Below are positions 27,094 through 35,660 of a DNA stretch of 43,198 bases, piece by piece. A model generated the notes under the pieces. That model searched no databases and was not told the DNA's origin. It saw only the letters and a program-made list of their open reading frames with translations. Each line of letters opens with the position of its first letter. The stretch's first letter is position 1. Source of the DNA: a bacterium (lineage in GTDB: Bacteria; Bacillota; Clostridia; Christensenellales; UBA1242); contig CAVFEO010000001.1 of the NCBI GenBank assembly GCA_963621425.1, positions 1 to 43,198 on the forward strand. The letters are read 5' to 3'. The translations under genes were made by a program, and so were the position numbers.

Positions 27094-28410
27094 ATGATTG
27101 ATATAGAATTTTTAATTAACAATAAAGATGTTGTTAAACAAAACATCAAAAATAAATTTCAAGATGAAAAATTACCTCTTGTAGATAAAGTTGCAGAAAT
27201 GCATGCAAAACGCAAAAAAGTTATAATAGAATTAGAAGATTTGCAACATAAAAGAAACGATTTATCTAAGCAAAACTCTATGCTTTTTGGCAAGTTAAAG
27301 GTTGCAGAGGGAACAGAAAAAGATAATATTTTAAAGCAAATAGAAGAAAATAAAACCTTTGTTAAAAATAATGATGCTAAAATGGCAGAATTAGAAACTG
27401 CTAGAGCAAACCTTGATGCAGAAATTAGAGAGATAATGCTTGTTATTCCTAACATTATGGATAAAACTGTGCCTATTGGTAAAGATGATAGCGAAAATGT
27501 AGAAGTTGAAAAGTTTGGCGAACCAAAAGTTCCAGATTTTGAAGTTCCTTATCACCTTGATATTATTTCAAAACTTGGCGGGGAAGATATTGATGCTGCT
27601 CGTCGTGTTGCGGGTACGGGCTTTTATTATTTAATGGGTGATGTTGCTCGTGTTCATTCTGCAATGCTTTCTTATGCGCGTGATTTTATGATTAATAAGG
27701 GCTTTACATATTTTGTGCCACCTTATATGATTAGAAGCAATGTTGTTGAAGGTGTTATGAGTTTTAAAGAAAAAGACGAAATGATGTACAAAATTGAAGG
27801 CGAAGATTTGTATTTAATTGGTACAAGTGAACATAGTATGATTGGTAGATTTATTGATAATATTGTAGAAGAAGCATCACTTCCACTAACATTAACAAGT
27901 TATTCTGCTTGCTTTAGAAAAGAAAAAGGCTCGCACGGAATTGAAGAAAGGGGCGTGTATCGTGTTCACCAATTTGAAAAGCAAGAAATGATTGTTATTT
28001 GCAAACCAGAAGATAGTAAGGCTTGGTTTGATAAACTTTGGCAAATAACAGTTGAGTTTTTTAGAAGTTTAGATATTCCTGTTAGAACGCTTGAGTGTTG
28101 TTCTGGCGACCTTGCAGATTTAAAAGTTAAATCTATTGATGTAGAGGCGTGGTCTCCAAGGCAAAAGAAGTATTTTGAAGTTGGTTCTTGCTCTAATTTA
28201 GGAGATGCACAATCTCGCAGACTAAAAATTAGAGTAAGTGCTAATGGTAAGAAATATTTGCCTCATACATTAAACAACACAATGCTAGCAACTCCTCGTG
28301 GGTTAATTGCCTTTTTAGAAAACAATGTTCAAAAAGATGGTAGCGTGTTAATTCCAAAAGCGCTTCAACCATATATGGGTGGGCAAACAATTATTAAGCC
28401 TAAAGCATAA
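27094..28410 (+). CDS. serS: serine--tRNA ligase
   Basis: 438 aa. N-terminal coiled-coil arm; class II motifs including YSACFRKEKGSHGIEERGVYRVHQFEKQE and GSCSNLGDAQSRRL. Confidence 0.95.
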   Translation: MIDIEFLINNKDVVKQNIKNKFQDEKLPLVDKVAEMHAKRKKVIIELEDLQHKRNDLSKQNSMLFGKLKVAEGTEKDNILKQIEENKTFVKNNDAKMAELETARANLDAEIREIMLVIPNIMDKTVPIGKDDSENVEVEKFGEPKVPDFEVPYHLDIISKLGGEDIDAARRVAGTGFYYLMGDVARVHSAMLSYARDFMINKGFTYFVPPYMIRSNVVEGVMSFKEKDEMMYKIEGEDLYLIGTSEHSMIGRFIDNIVEEASLPLTLTSYSACFRKEKGSHGIEERGVYRVHQFEKQEMIVICKPEDSKAWFDKLWQITVEFFRSLDIPVRTLECCSGDLADLKVKSIDVEAWSPRQKKYFEVGSCSNLGDAQSRRLKIRVSANGKKYLPHTLNNTMLATPRGLIAFLENNVQKDGSVLIPKALQPYMGGQTIIKPKA

Positions 28411-28422
28411 TTAAAAATGTAA

Positions 28423-28457
28423 AAAGAATCTTAGCAAAACAATAAGATTCTTTTTTC
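28423..28457 (+). terminator. rho-independent terminator after serS
   Basis: 10-bp stem AAGAATCTTA (28424-28433) / TAAGATTCTT (28443-28452) plus a T-run. Confidence 0.8.
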
Positions 28458-28481
28458 GTTTATTGTAAAGGAAGTTTTATA

Positions 28482-28510
28482 TTGATTAGTTTAATAATTT
28501 GTGATATTAT
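28482..28510 (+). promoter_or_regulatory. sigma-A type promoter for the orphan 333-aa gene
   Basis: TTGATT (28482-28487), 17-nt spacer ending in TGA, TATTAT (28505-28510). GGGAAGAAGG RBS precedes the ATG at 28531. Confidence 0.5.
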
Positions 28511-28530
28511 ATATATGAAGGGAAGAAGGT

Positions 28531-29532
28531 ATGGAAGAAAATAGAATGCCCAGCAGGTGGGGAAAAAGAGTTGAAAAAGCGGATGGAAACAAATTCGGCT
28601 ATGTTGATGTCGCTTTAGATAAACTAACAATAAATGGACCAACTGTATTGTGTTTGGGTGGTCAATTTGTTGTTGGCAGAAGGTCGGCAAATGGGTTCTC
28701 TAAATTTGTTTATAATTTAATTAATACAAATCCACAAGATAGAAAAATATCAGTTTTTTCTTTGATGTATGGCAGTTACGATAATAGACCCATGGAAGCG
28801 CATGTATCAGATGAGGAATATGAAACTATTATAAATACTACGCTTATGCCACTAATTTCTAGTGGCGGCAAAAAGATAGACACAATAACTGCTCAAAAGA
28901 ATATGAGGAATTTAACAATTGTTTCGCATTGTTTTGGGACTGAAGTCGCGAACAAATTATCGCACATGTTGCAAGAAAAAATGGTGGAGTTAAATTATTC
29001 TAATCAAGAAATTGCAAGCATTTTAAAGCAAGTTACAAATATTTGTTATGCGCCATATAGGTTGCAAGGTTTTCCACTATTTTCTGTTGTCGATTTTTAT
29101 TCAATGCAGGACAGACATATGCGTTATTTCCCTAAAATTGAAAAAATGAATAAAGATATGTTTGCAACAACACAGCTTAATAGCAAAAATAATCATCTGC
29201 TAGTTGTTGCCCAAAGTTTGTTAAAAGACTATGGCAAAACAGATATATTTGATGAGCATATGATAGATTTATTAAAAAGAGATGAAAATTGGCAACTTAA
29301 GGCTATGGCAGAACAAAAACAAGGAGACAAAGAAAAGTTTTCAAGAGCAAATGCCTTGTCTGTTGGTTTTGGCTTTTGCATTGCAGAATCTGTTTCTAAT
29401 TCTATAGAGAACACAAGGATAGAAAAACTTATAGAATTAGATTTAGTAAAAATTCAAAAAAGTGTGGATTACATAATTAGAGAACAGACTAAATTTGAAA
29501 ATGAAAAAGAAGAAAAAGAACTTAATCAATAA
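28531..29532 (+). CDS. hypothetical protein with alpha/beta-hydrolase-like nucleophile elbow carrying Cys (SHCFG) and a C-terminal charged helical region
   Basis: 333 aa. GPTVLCLGG strand-turn, then NLTIVSHCFGTEVA (Cys134, nt 28930-28932) in the Sm-x-Nu-x-Sm position. The last ~90 aa are K/E-rich. Confidence 0.6.
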   Translation: MEENRMPSRWGKRVEKADGNKFGYVDVALDKLTINGPTVLCLGGQFVVGRRSANGFSKFVYNLINTNPQDRKISVFSLMYGSYDNRPMEAHVSDEEYETIINTTLMPLISSGGKKIDTITAQKNMRNLTIVSHCFGTEVANKLSHMLQEKMVELNYSNQEIASILKQVTNICYAPYRLQGFPLFSVVDFYSMQDRHMRYFPKIEKMNKDMFATTQLNSKNNHLLVVAQSLLKDYGKTDIFDEHMIDLLKRDENWQLKAMAEQKQGDKEKFSRANALSVGFGFCIAESVSNSIENTRIEKLIELDLVKIQKSVDYIIREQTKFENEKEEKELNQ

Positions 29533-29548
29533 TAAATAAGAATACAAG

Positions 29549-29573
29549 AAATGCGAGAAATCGCATTTTTTTA
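29549..29573 (+). terminator. rho-independent terminator after the orphan gene
   Basis: Stem ATGCGA (29551-29556) / TCGCAT (29561-29566) plus T7. Confidence 0.7.
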
Positions 29574-29624
29574 TTTTTAATTTGCGCTTTGCTTGTCAAT
29601 AATCATAGTAAAGTGAGGGGGGAT

Positions 29625-30164
29625 ATGAGTAAATACATAACAATTATAGCGGTGGTATTATTAAGTGCGCTTTGTGTTGTAGTGTGCACTAGCCAAAGTG
29701 TAAGTGCAAGTGAGCAATTATTTAGAATGCATATTAGGGCAAATAGCAACTTAGAGGCAGACCAAAATGTAAAAATGGAAATAAAAGAAGAGTTTGTTAA
29801 TTTTCTTACTCCGCTAGTTGAAAAGTGTGAAAGCAAATTAGATGTGATGCGCATGGTACAAAACAACAAAGAAAAATTAGAAAGCATTGCAGATGGTATT
29901 TTAGAAAAGAGGGGTTTTGAATATAGGAGCAATGTTAAAGTTTGCAATGAGTTTTTCCCTGAGCGGTATTATGGAGATTTTCAAGTAAAGCAAGGCTATT
30001 ATGATGCACTTATTTGTGAACTTGGCGAGGCTAAGGGCAATAACTGGTGGTGCGTTGTTTATCCGCCACTTTGCTTTGTAAATTACAATCAAACAAATTC
30101 TGTAGTATATAAATCTAAATTATGGGAAATAATTAATAAGTTTTTTGGTAGGGAGATACAATGA
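29625..30164 (+). CDS. spoIIR: stage II sporulation protein R
   Basis: 179 aa from the ATG at 29625 (GAGGGGGG RBS). Signal anchor, then FRMHIRANSNLEADQNVKMEIKEEF and the hallmark NWWCVVYPPLCF. Confidence 0.85.
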   Translation: MSKYITIIAVVLLSALCVVVCTSQSVSASEQLFRMHIRANSNLEADQNVKMEIKEEFVNFLTPLVEKCESKLDVMRMVQNNKEKLESIADGILEKRGFEYRSNVKVCNEFFPERYYGDFQVKQGYYDALICELGEAKGNNWWCVVYPPLCFVNYNQTNSVVYKSKLWEIINKFFGREIQ

Positions 30165-30856
30165 AAAATATATTAAAAACAACTTTCGCTTGTGCAATAT
30201 TAACGCTAATATGCGCTTTTTCTATTTTTGCTCTTACGCAATACAATCAAACAAAAATAAGCGAAAAAGCACAAATTATACAAACAGCATTATCTACTGA
30301 AGATGTAAAAACAGTGCAAACCAAATTAAAAAGGTGGGGTTATTTTAATGGCCCAATTACAGGGTATTATGGCCCGCTTACAACAGAGGCTGTAAAGTAT
30401 TTTCAGCGTGTAAATGGCATAGAGCAAACAGGAACAGTTGGTCCAATAACTGCTAAGGCTCTTGGTATGGGTTACCTATATTCAACAAAAACATCGTCAA
30501 ACTCTTCAAGCGATTTGTATCTCTTAGCAAAGTGCATTTACGCAGAGGCTAGGGGCGAAGTGTACACAGGTCAAGTGGCAGTTGGCGCAGTTATACTAAA
30601 CAGGGTAAAAAGTCCGTCTTTTCCAAACACTATTAGCGGGGTTATATATCAGCCTTGGGCGTTTACAGCGGTTAATGATGGGCAAATTAATTTAGAGCCA
30701 AATAATACAGCATATCAAGCAGCGCGTGATGCCCTTAACGGGTGGGACCCAACTTATGGTAGCCTGTTTTATTATAATCCAAACACGGCAACAAGCAGTT
30801 GGATTTATTCGCGTGAAGTTACTGTTAGAATTGGCAGGCATGTTTTTGCAAGATAA
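30161..30856 (+). CDS. sleB: spore cortex-lytic enzyme SleB (PG_binding_1 + hydrolase_2/SleB domain)
   Basis: Signal peptide; VKTVQTKLKRWGYFNGPITGYYGPLTTEAVKYFQRVNG (peptidoglycan-binding domain); LLAKCIYAEARGE...AVGAVILNRV...PNTISGVIYQPWAFT (SleB/CwlJ catalytic domain). ATGA overlap with the spoIIR stop. Confidence 0.85.
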   Translation: MKNILKTTFACAILTLICAFSIFALTQYNQTKISEKAQIIQTALSTEDVKTVQTKLKRWGYFNGPITGYYGPLTTEAVKYFQRVNGIEQTGTVGPITAKALGMGYLYSTKTSSNSSSDLYLLAKCIYAEARGEVYTGQVAVGAVILNRVKSPSFPNTISGVIYQPWAFTAVNDGQINLEPNNTAYQAARDALNGWDPTYGSLFYYNPNTATSSWIYSREVTVRIGRHVFAR

Positions 30857-30868
30857 GGGGGTGTGTTT

Positions 30869-32266
30869 ATGCAAGATGCAGTAGATAATAATCAAACATA
30901 TTTAGAAAAAGTAAAAAAAATAAGGGCAAACGATAAACATAAAATAATAACGCTTATTATTTTTTGCCTTATATTTTTAACAAGTGCAATAACTCTTGGT
31001 GTGCTATATTCAGAATCGGCAATGCTTTCAGCATCTTATCAAACAACATTAGATTCTTCTTATAATAGGGCGGTTTATGAACTTGTTGATAATATTAATG
31101 ATATAGAATTAAATTTAAACAAAGCAAGCGTAAGTAGTGGCAAAGACTTGCAAACTAAATATTTGCGCCTTGCGTGTGATAATTGCAAATACGCACAAGG
31201 GAATTTAGCACAATTACCGGTAAATTCTAACAGTATTGCGGGCGCAGTTAGGTTTGTAAACCAAGTGGATGGTTATTGTACAAGTTTAATAAATTCATCA
31301 AGTACGCTTAGCAGTGAAGATAAGCAAAAAATTGATGAACTTGTGGATATTGTGCTGGAATTAAAAGCAACATTTAACACACTAATATCTAAACTTTTAC
31401 AAGGTTACAGTATATTAAATAACAGCGAGCAAATGTATGACGGAATAAATGATTTTAGTGCAAATTTTAGTGCAATTTCTAGTGATAGCATATCTTATCC
31501 AAGTATGATTTTTGATGGACCTTTTTCAGACTCACTATACAACAGAGAAATTGTTGGTTTGCCAAAAGAGGAAGTTAGCGAAAATGTTGCAAAAGATATT
31601 TTAGTGGGAATTTTGGAGGGAAGTTATGAATATAATAGCATTTCTTATTTGGGTGAAACCCAGGGCTTGTTTAACACTTACGACTACAGAATAGAAGTTA
31701 AAAATGCAACAAGTTTTATCGCGCAAGTTGCAAAGCGTGGCGGGTTTTTGCTAACCATTACTTGTGATGCAATGTTAAACGAAAATTCATTGTTAAGCGT
31801 AGAAGAATGTGCTAGCATTGCACGAGATTTTTGCGCAAAGGCAGGAGCAAGTGATATGAGTATGGTTTGGAGCGAAGAGTATGGCGGGGTTGCCGTGCTT
31901 AATATGGCACCAGTTGTTAATAATGTTATTTACTACCCAGATTTAATTAAGGTTAAAGTTGACCAAAATAGTGGTAAAATTATTGGGTACGAAGCACAAA
32001 ACTATGCAATAAACCACAAAGATAGAGTGCTTTCTGCACCAAGTTTGGGTGCAACAGAAGCAAGGGAACTGCTAGACCCAAGGCTAAATGTAAACACACA
32101 AAAATTGTGTGTGATGCCACTAGATTATGGCGGGGAAGTGTTTGCGTATGAGTTTAATTGTGAATATATGGGTGCAACTTATTATGTTTATATTAACGCA
32201 AACTATGGTGATGAAGAAAAAATTTTAAAGGTAGTTTATACAAACGAAGGTTCGCTATTATCTTAA
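30869..32266 (+). CDS. ypeB: germination protein YpeB
   Basis: ~465 aa. N-terminal TM anchor; colinear with B. subtilis YpeB (N-terminus YNRAVYELVDNI..., C-terminal PepSY-type GGEVFAYEFNCEYMGATYYVYINANYGDEEKILKV). Lies immediately downstream of sleB. Confidence 0.8.
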   Translation: MQDAVDNNQTYLEKVKKIRANDKHKIITLIIFCLIFLTSAITLGVLYSESAMLSASYQTTLDSSYNRAVYELVDNINDIELNLNKASVSSGKDLQTKYLRLACDNCKYAQGNLAQLPVNSNSIAGAVRFVNQVDGYCTSLINSSSTLSSEDKQKIDELVDIVLELKATFNTLISKLLQGYSILNNSEQMYDGINDFSANFSAISSDSISYPSMIFDGPFSDSLYNREIVGLPKEEVSENVAKDILVGILEGSYEYNSISYLGETQGLFNTYDYRIEVKNATSFIAQVAKRGGFLLTITCDAMLNENSLLSVEECASIARDFCAKAGASDMSMVWSEEYGGVAVLNMAPVVNNVIYYPDLIKVKVDQNSGKIIGYEAQNYAINHKDRVLSAPSLGATEARELLDPRLNVNTQKLCVMPLDYGGEVFAYEFNCEYMGATYYVYINANYGDEEKILKVVYTNEGSLLS

Positions 32267-32269
32267 ATA

Positions 32270-32302
32270 AAAAAGAGTAGGCTATAGGCCTATTCTTTTT
32301 TA
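32270..32302. terminator. bidirectional terminator between ypeB and proS
   Basis: 9-bp stem AGAGTAGGC (32274-32282) / GCCTATTCT (32288-32296) with one G-U pair, flanked by A- and T-runs. Confidence 0.7.
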
Positions 32303-33724
32303 TTAATATTGTATTCCCCAAACAACAAGGTGTTTTGCTTTTTTGCCACAAACAACACACTTGCCACTTATTAATTTTTCGTCTAATATGCAACGAGATT
32401 TTGTTCCCTTAATTTCTTTCATAGCAAGTTCGCACTTTTCATCACCGCACCAATCTGCCTTAATAAATCCGGGTTGGGTATCCATAATGCGTTTAACATC
32501 ATCAAGTGTTACTGCAGTATATGTCTTTTCTTTTGCGCGCTTAAATGCTGTATTATACAAGTTGTTTTGTATATCTTCTAAAACTACCTTAATATGAGCA
32601 ATTGTCATATCATCTAGAGGGATTTGTTCCTTTTCTCTTGTATCTCGCCTTGCGAGAGTTATAGAGTTTTTATCTAGGTCTTTCATACCAATTTCAATTC
32701 TCATAGGTATTCCGTTTACTTCGTGTTCAGCGAACTTAAAGCCTGGTGTTTTATCAGAGTTATCAATAAATGTTACAACATCATATTCGTTTAATTCATC
32801 ACATAATTTTTGTGCTGTTTGCATAATGCGCTCATCAGTACCAATTGGTACAATAACAACATGGCGAGGAGCAATTTTTGGTGGCAATATAAGCCCGTTA
32901 TCATCACTATGAACCATAATTAATGCGCCCATCATTCTTGTTGTTGAACCCCAAGATGTTTGGTAGGCATATTCTAGTTCATTTTTATCGTTTAAAAATT
33001 GAATACCATATGCTTTTGCAAATTTTTGCCCAAAATAGTGGCTTGTTGCACTTTGAAGTGAAATTCCGTTATACATAAGTGCTTCTAGTGTTAGGGTATA
33101 TTCTGCGCCTGCAAACTTTTCTTTTTCTGTTTTTTTACCAGTTATTACTGGAATTGCAAGATATTCTTCAAAAAAGTTTTTATAAACATTTAGCATATCC
33201 CAAACTTCTTGTTCTGCTTCTTTTGCGCTAGCGTGCACAGTGTGCCCCTCTTGCCACAAGAATTCTCTTGTTCTTAAAAAAGGCCTAGTTTCTTTTTCCC
33301 AACGCATAACAGAACACCATTGGTTTAACTTTATTGGCAAATCTTTATAAGATTTTGCTTTTTTCGCAAAGTATTCACTAAATAGTGTTTCGCTTGTAGG
33401 GCGCACCATTAGGCGTTCAGTTAGTTCTTTGTTGCCACCAATTGTAACCCAAGCACCTTCTGGAGCAAAACCTTCAATTAAATCGGCTTCTTTTTTAAGC
33501 AAACTTTCAGGAATTAGCATTGGCATAGAGACATTAAAGTGCCCACGCTTTTTAAATTCTTTGTCAAGCACGCTTTGCATTTTTTCCCAAATAGCATAGC
33601 CGTTTGGTTCAAATATAATGCAACCTTTTGTGCTAGAATAATCTGCAAGTTTGGCTTGTTTAATAACATCTGTATACCATTGCGCAAAGTCTACATCACG
33701 CGAAGTTATTGCCTTATTTTTCAT
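32303..33724 (-). CDS. proS: proline--tRNA ligase (archaeal/eukaryote-like type with C-terminal zinc-binding domain)
   Basis: 473 aa with no INS editing domain. Class II core (RPTSETLF, FLRTREFLWQEGHT) and C-terminus ADWCGDEKCE...GKCVVCGKKAKHLVVWGIQY. Confidence 0.95.
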   Translation of the reverse strand: MKNKAITSRDVDFAQWYTDVIKQAKLADYSSTKGCIIFEPNGYAIWEKMQSVLDKEFKKRGHFNVSMPMLIPESLLKKEADLIEGFAPEGAWVTIGGNKELTERLMVRPTSETLFSEYFAKKAKSYKDLPIKLNQWCSVMRWEKETRPFLRTREFLWQEGHTVHASAKEAEQEVWDMLNVYKNFFEEYLAIPVITGKKTEKEKFAGAEYTLTLEALMYNGISLQSATSHYFGQKFAKAYGIQFLNDKNELEYAYQTSWGSTTRMMGALIMVHSDDNGLILPPKIAPRHVVIVPIGTDERIMQTAQKLCDELNEYDVVTFIDNSDKTPGFKFAEHEVNGIPMRIEIGMKDLDKNSITLARRDTREKEQIPLDDMTIAHIKVVLEDIQNNLYNTAFKRAKEKTYTAVTLDDVKRIMDTQPGFIKADWCGDEKCELAMKEIKGTKSRCILDEKLISGKCVVCGKKAKHLVVWGIQY

Positions 33725-33766
33725 AATTTTAAATCCCTTTTTTAGTTTTTATAAACATATAATTGC

Positions 33767-33795
33767 AATATATCACAAAATATGGCAAGTGTCAA
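33767..33795 (-). promoter_or_regulatory. sigma-A type promoter (extended -10) for proS
   Basis: On the minus strand: TTGACA (33795-33790), 17-nt spacer ending in TGA, TATATT (33772-33767). The leader is only ~40 nt. Confidence 0.55.
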
Positions 33796-33839
33796 TTATT
33801 TATGTAATTTTGTATGCTTTTACGCCATATATTTAAACT

Positions 33840-34664
33840 ATGATAAATAAAAATAATTTAATTATTCATCCTTTATTTTTTATTCTTTCGCTTGTTATGT
33901 GTTTTATATATGGTGCATACTATGTGCTATTGTATTTTATTGCAGTTTTTATTCACGAATATGCACACTTTTGGCAAGCAAAAAGGTGTGGAGTGGTGCT
34001 AAACGGTTTTAGTCTTATGCCGTATGGTGCACGCCTAAACTTAAAACAAAGTGCTATATCTTATAAAGATGATGTTTTAATATCTCTTGCCGGGCCCCTT
34101 GCAAATTTATTAAGTGCGCTTTTGTGTTGTGCAGTGTGGTGGGTTTTCCCATCTACTTATGCTTATTTAGATGTATTTGTTTATGCTAGTTTGTGCCTAG
34201 CCTTATTTAATTTGCTTCCAATTTTGCCATTAGATGGGGCTCGTGTTGTTCTTGCAATATGCTCAAAATATGGCAGGCGAAGTGGAGGGTATAAGTGCTT
34301 ACTTGCACTAAATTATATTGCCTTCCTTTTGCTTTTTATTTGTTTTGTTTATTCTTTATTTACGGGCGTAAATATAACCGTGGGTATAATTGCTTTTTTC
34401 GTGTTATTTTCTTGTTTTGATAACGATAATTCCTACTATTACCAAAGCGTGCTAAAACTTCAAAATTTTAAACTAATAAAAAATAAGCCCATAGAAGTTA
34501 AGGCTTATGTATTATCTAGTTCAAGCGATGTAACAAGCGTGTATAAATTAATCAACCCTTCTTACTACACCGTTATTGTGGTAGAAGGGGAAGATGGTAA
34601 GAAAAAAATTGTTGCCCAAAGCGATTTTGAAAAATATTTCTTTTCAAAAGGTGATACAAAATGA
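33840..34664 (+). CDS. spoIVFB: M50 site-2 metalloprotease, SpoIVFB-like
   Basis: 274 aa. HExxH in a TM helix (FIHEYAHFW), NLLPILPLDGARV motif, and a C-terminal CBS-like segment. The N-terminus is colinear with B. subtilis SpoIVFB. No SD is visible. Confidence 0.7.
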   Translation: MINKNNLIIHPLFFILSLVMCFIYGAYYVLLYFIAVFIHEYAHFWQAKRCGVVLNGFSLMPYGARLNLKQSAISYKDDVLISLAGPLANLLSALLCCAVWWVFPSTYAYLDVFVYASLCLALFNLLPILPLDGARVVLAICSKYGRRSGGYKCLLALNYIAFLLLFICFVYSLFTGVNITVGIIAFFVLFSCFDNDNSYYYQSVLKLQNFKLIKNKPIEVKAYVLSSSSDVTSVYKLINPSYYTVIVVEGEDGKKKIVAQSDFEKYFFSKGDTK

Positions 34665-35626
34665 AGTCGGTTATTAATTTTGTATGCGTTTATGTATGCA
34701 CAATAATTGGTGCAAGTTTTATTACCGGCAATGAAATTTATATGTTTTTTGCTCGTTATGGTGGTTGGGCTTACTTTTTAATGGTGCTTTGTTTTGCTCT
34801 TTTTGTTTTCACATCTATAACCATCTTTTGCAAATGTAAAAAGGCAAATATAACAAACATTTTAGATGCCTTTTCTAGCGGGGTTGTTGCAAAAGTTATG
34901 CAAGCGTTTACCTACATAACATATTTTATGTTTGCAAGTGTTATGCTTGCAGGTTTAAGGGAACTTTTTGGAATTTTATTTACCTTAATATGTGCAATAA
35001 TTTGTGTTTATTTAATAAAAAAAGGAATATCATCAATTGTTAAAATAAATGCTATATTGTTCCCTTTTGTTATTATTTATTTAATTGTTTTAAGTGTAAT
35101 GCCAAATAATGGACAAACTTGTTTAAATGTGCAAAGTTTATCTTTTAGTGCTGTTTTTAACATATTTACATATGTGTCTTTAAATGTAATTTTAATTTTA
35201 GGTAGTATGTTAAAATTAACTAGCAAAATGTCAAAACGGCAAATAATAGCATCAACTGTGCTTTCTGGCTTTGTTTTTGCCCTTTTAATAGTTTTTCAAA
35301 TTATAATTTTGCAGGGTAGTGAAATACAAGATTTTAATATGCCACTACTATATATTGCGAGCAAAAATAATTTTGTTTATGCCTTTGCTTTAATGGTTGC
35401 TTTTTGTGCTATGATATCTTCTTATTTATCTAGCATTTATTCTATGTATGTAAAAATTAACAAAAGCAAATGTAGTAATTTTTATTTAACAATTCTTATT
35501 TGTTCTATAGTTTGTTTTTCGTTTTTAGGTTTTTCACGCATTGTGCAGTTTAGTTATATATTTTTAGGGTGTGTTTCTTTTGTGCTTATGGCTTATTTGT
35601 GTGCTATAAAATTTAAGAAGAAATAG
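34661..35626 (+). CDS. YkvI-family polytopic membrane protein (transporter-like)
   Basis: 321 aa with ~9-10 TM helices. The N-terminus IIGASFITGNEIYMFFARYG matches the YkvI-type GAGFASGqEi.qFF motif. ATGA overlap with the spoIVFB-like stop. Confidence 0.5.
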   Translation: MKSVINFVCVYVCTIIGASFITGNEIYMFFARYGGWAYFLMVLCFALFVFTSITIFCKCKKANITNILDAFSSGVVAKVMQAFTYITYFMFASVMLAGLRELFGILFTLICAIICVYLIKKGISSIVKINAILFPFVIIYLIVLSVMPNNGQTCLNVQSLSFSAVFNIFTYVSLNVILILGSMLKLTSKMSKRQIIASTVLSGFVFALLIVFQIIILQGSEIQDFNMPLLYIASKNNFVYAFALMVAFCAMISSYLSSIYSMYVKINKSKCSNFYLTILICSIVCFSFLGFSRIVQFSYIFLGCVSFVLMAYLCAIKFKKK

Positions 35627-35631
35627 GGGAT

Positions 35632-35660
35632 AACAAAAAAGGCAAGTGTTATGCTTGCCT
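35632..35660 (-). terminator. rho-independent terminator for the 365-aa gene
   Basis: Minus-strand stem AGGCAAG/CTTGCCT (35640-35660) followed by a U-run (complement of A-run 35634-35640). The stop codon lies inside the hairpin. Confidence 0.6.
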
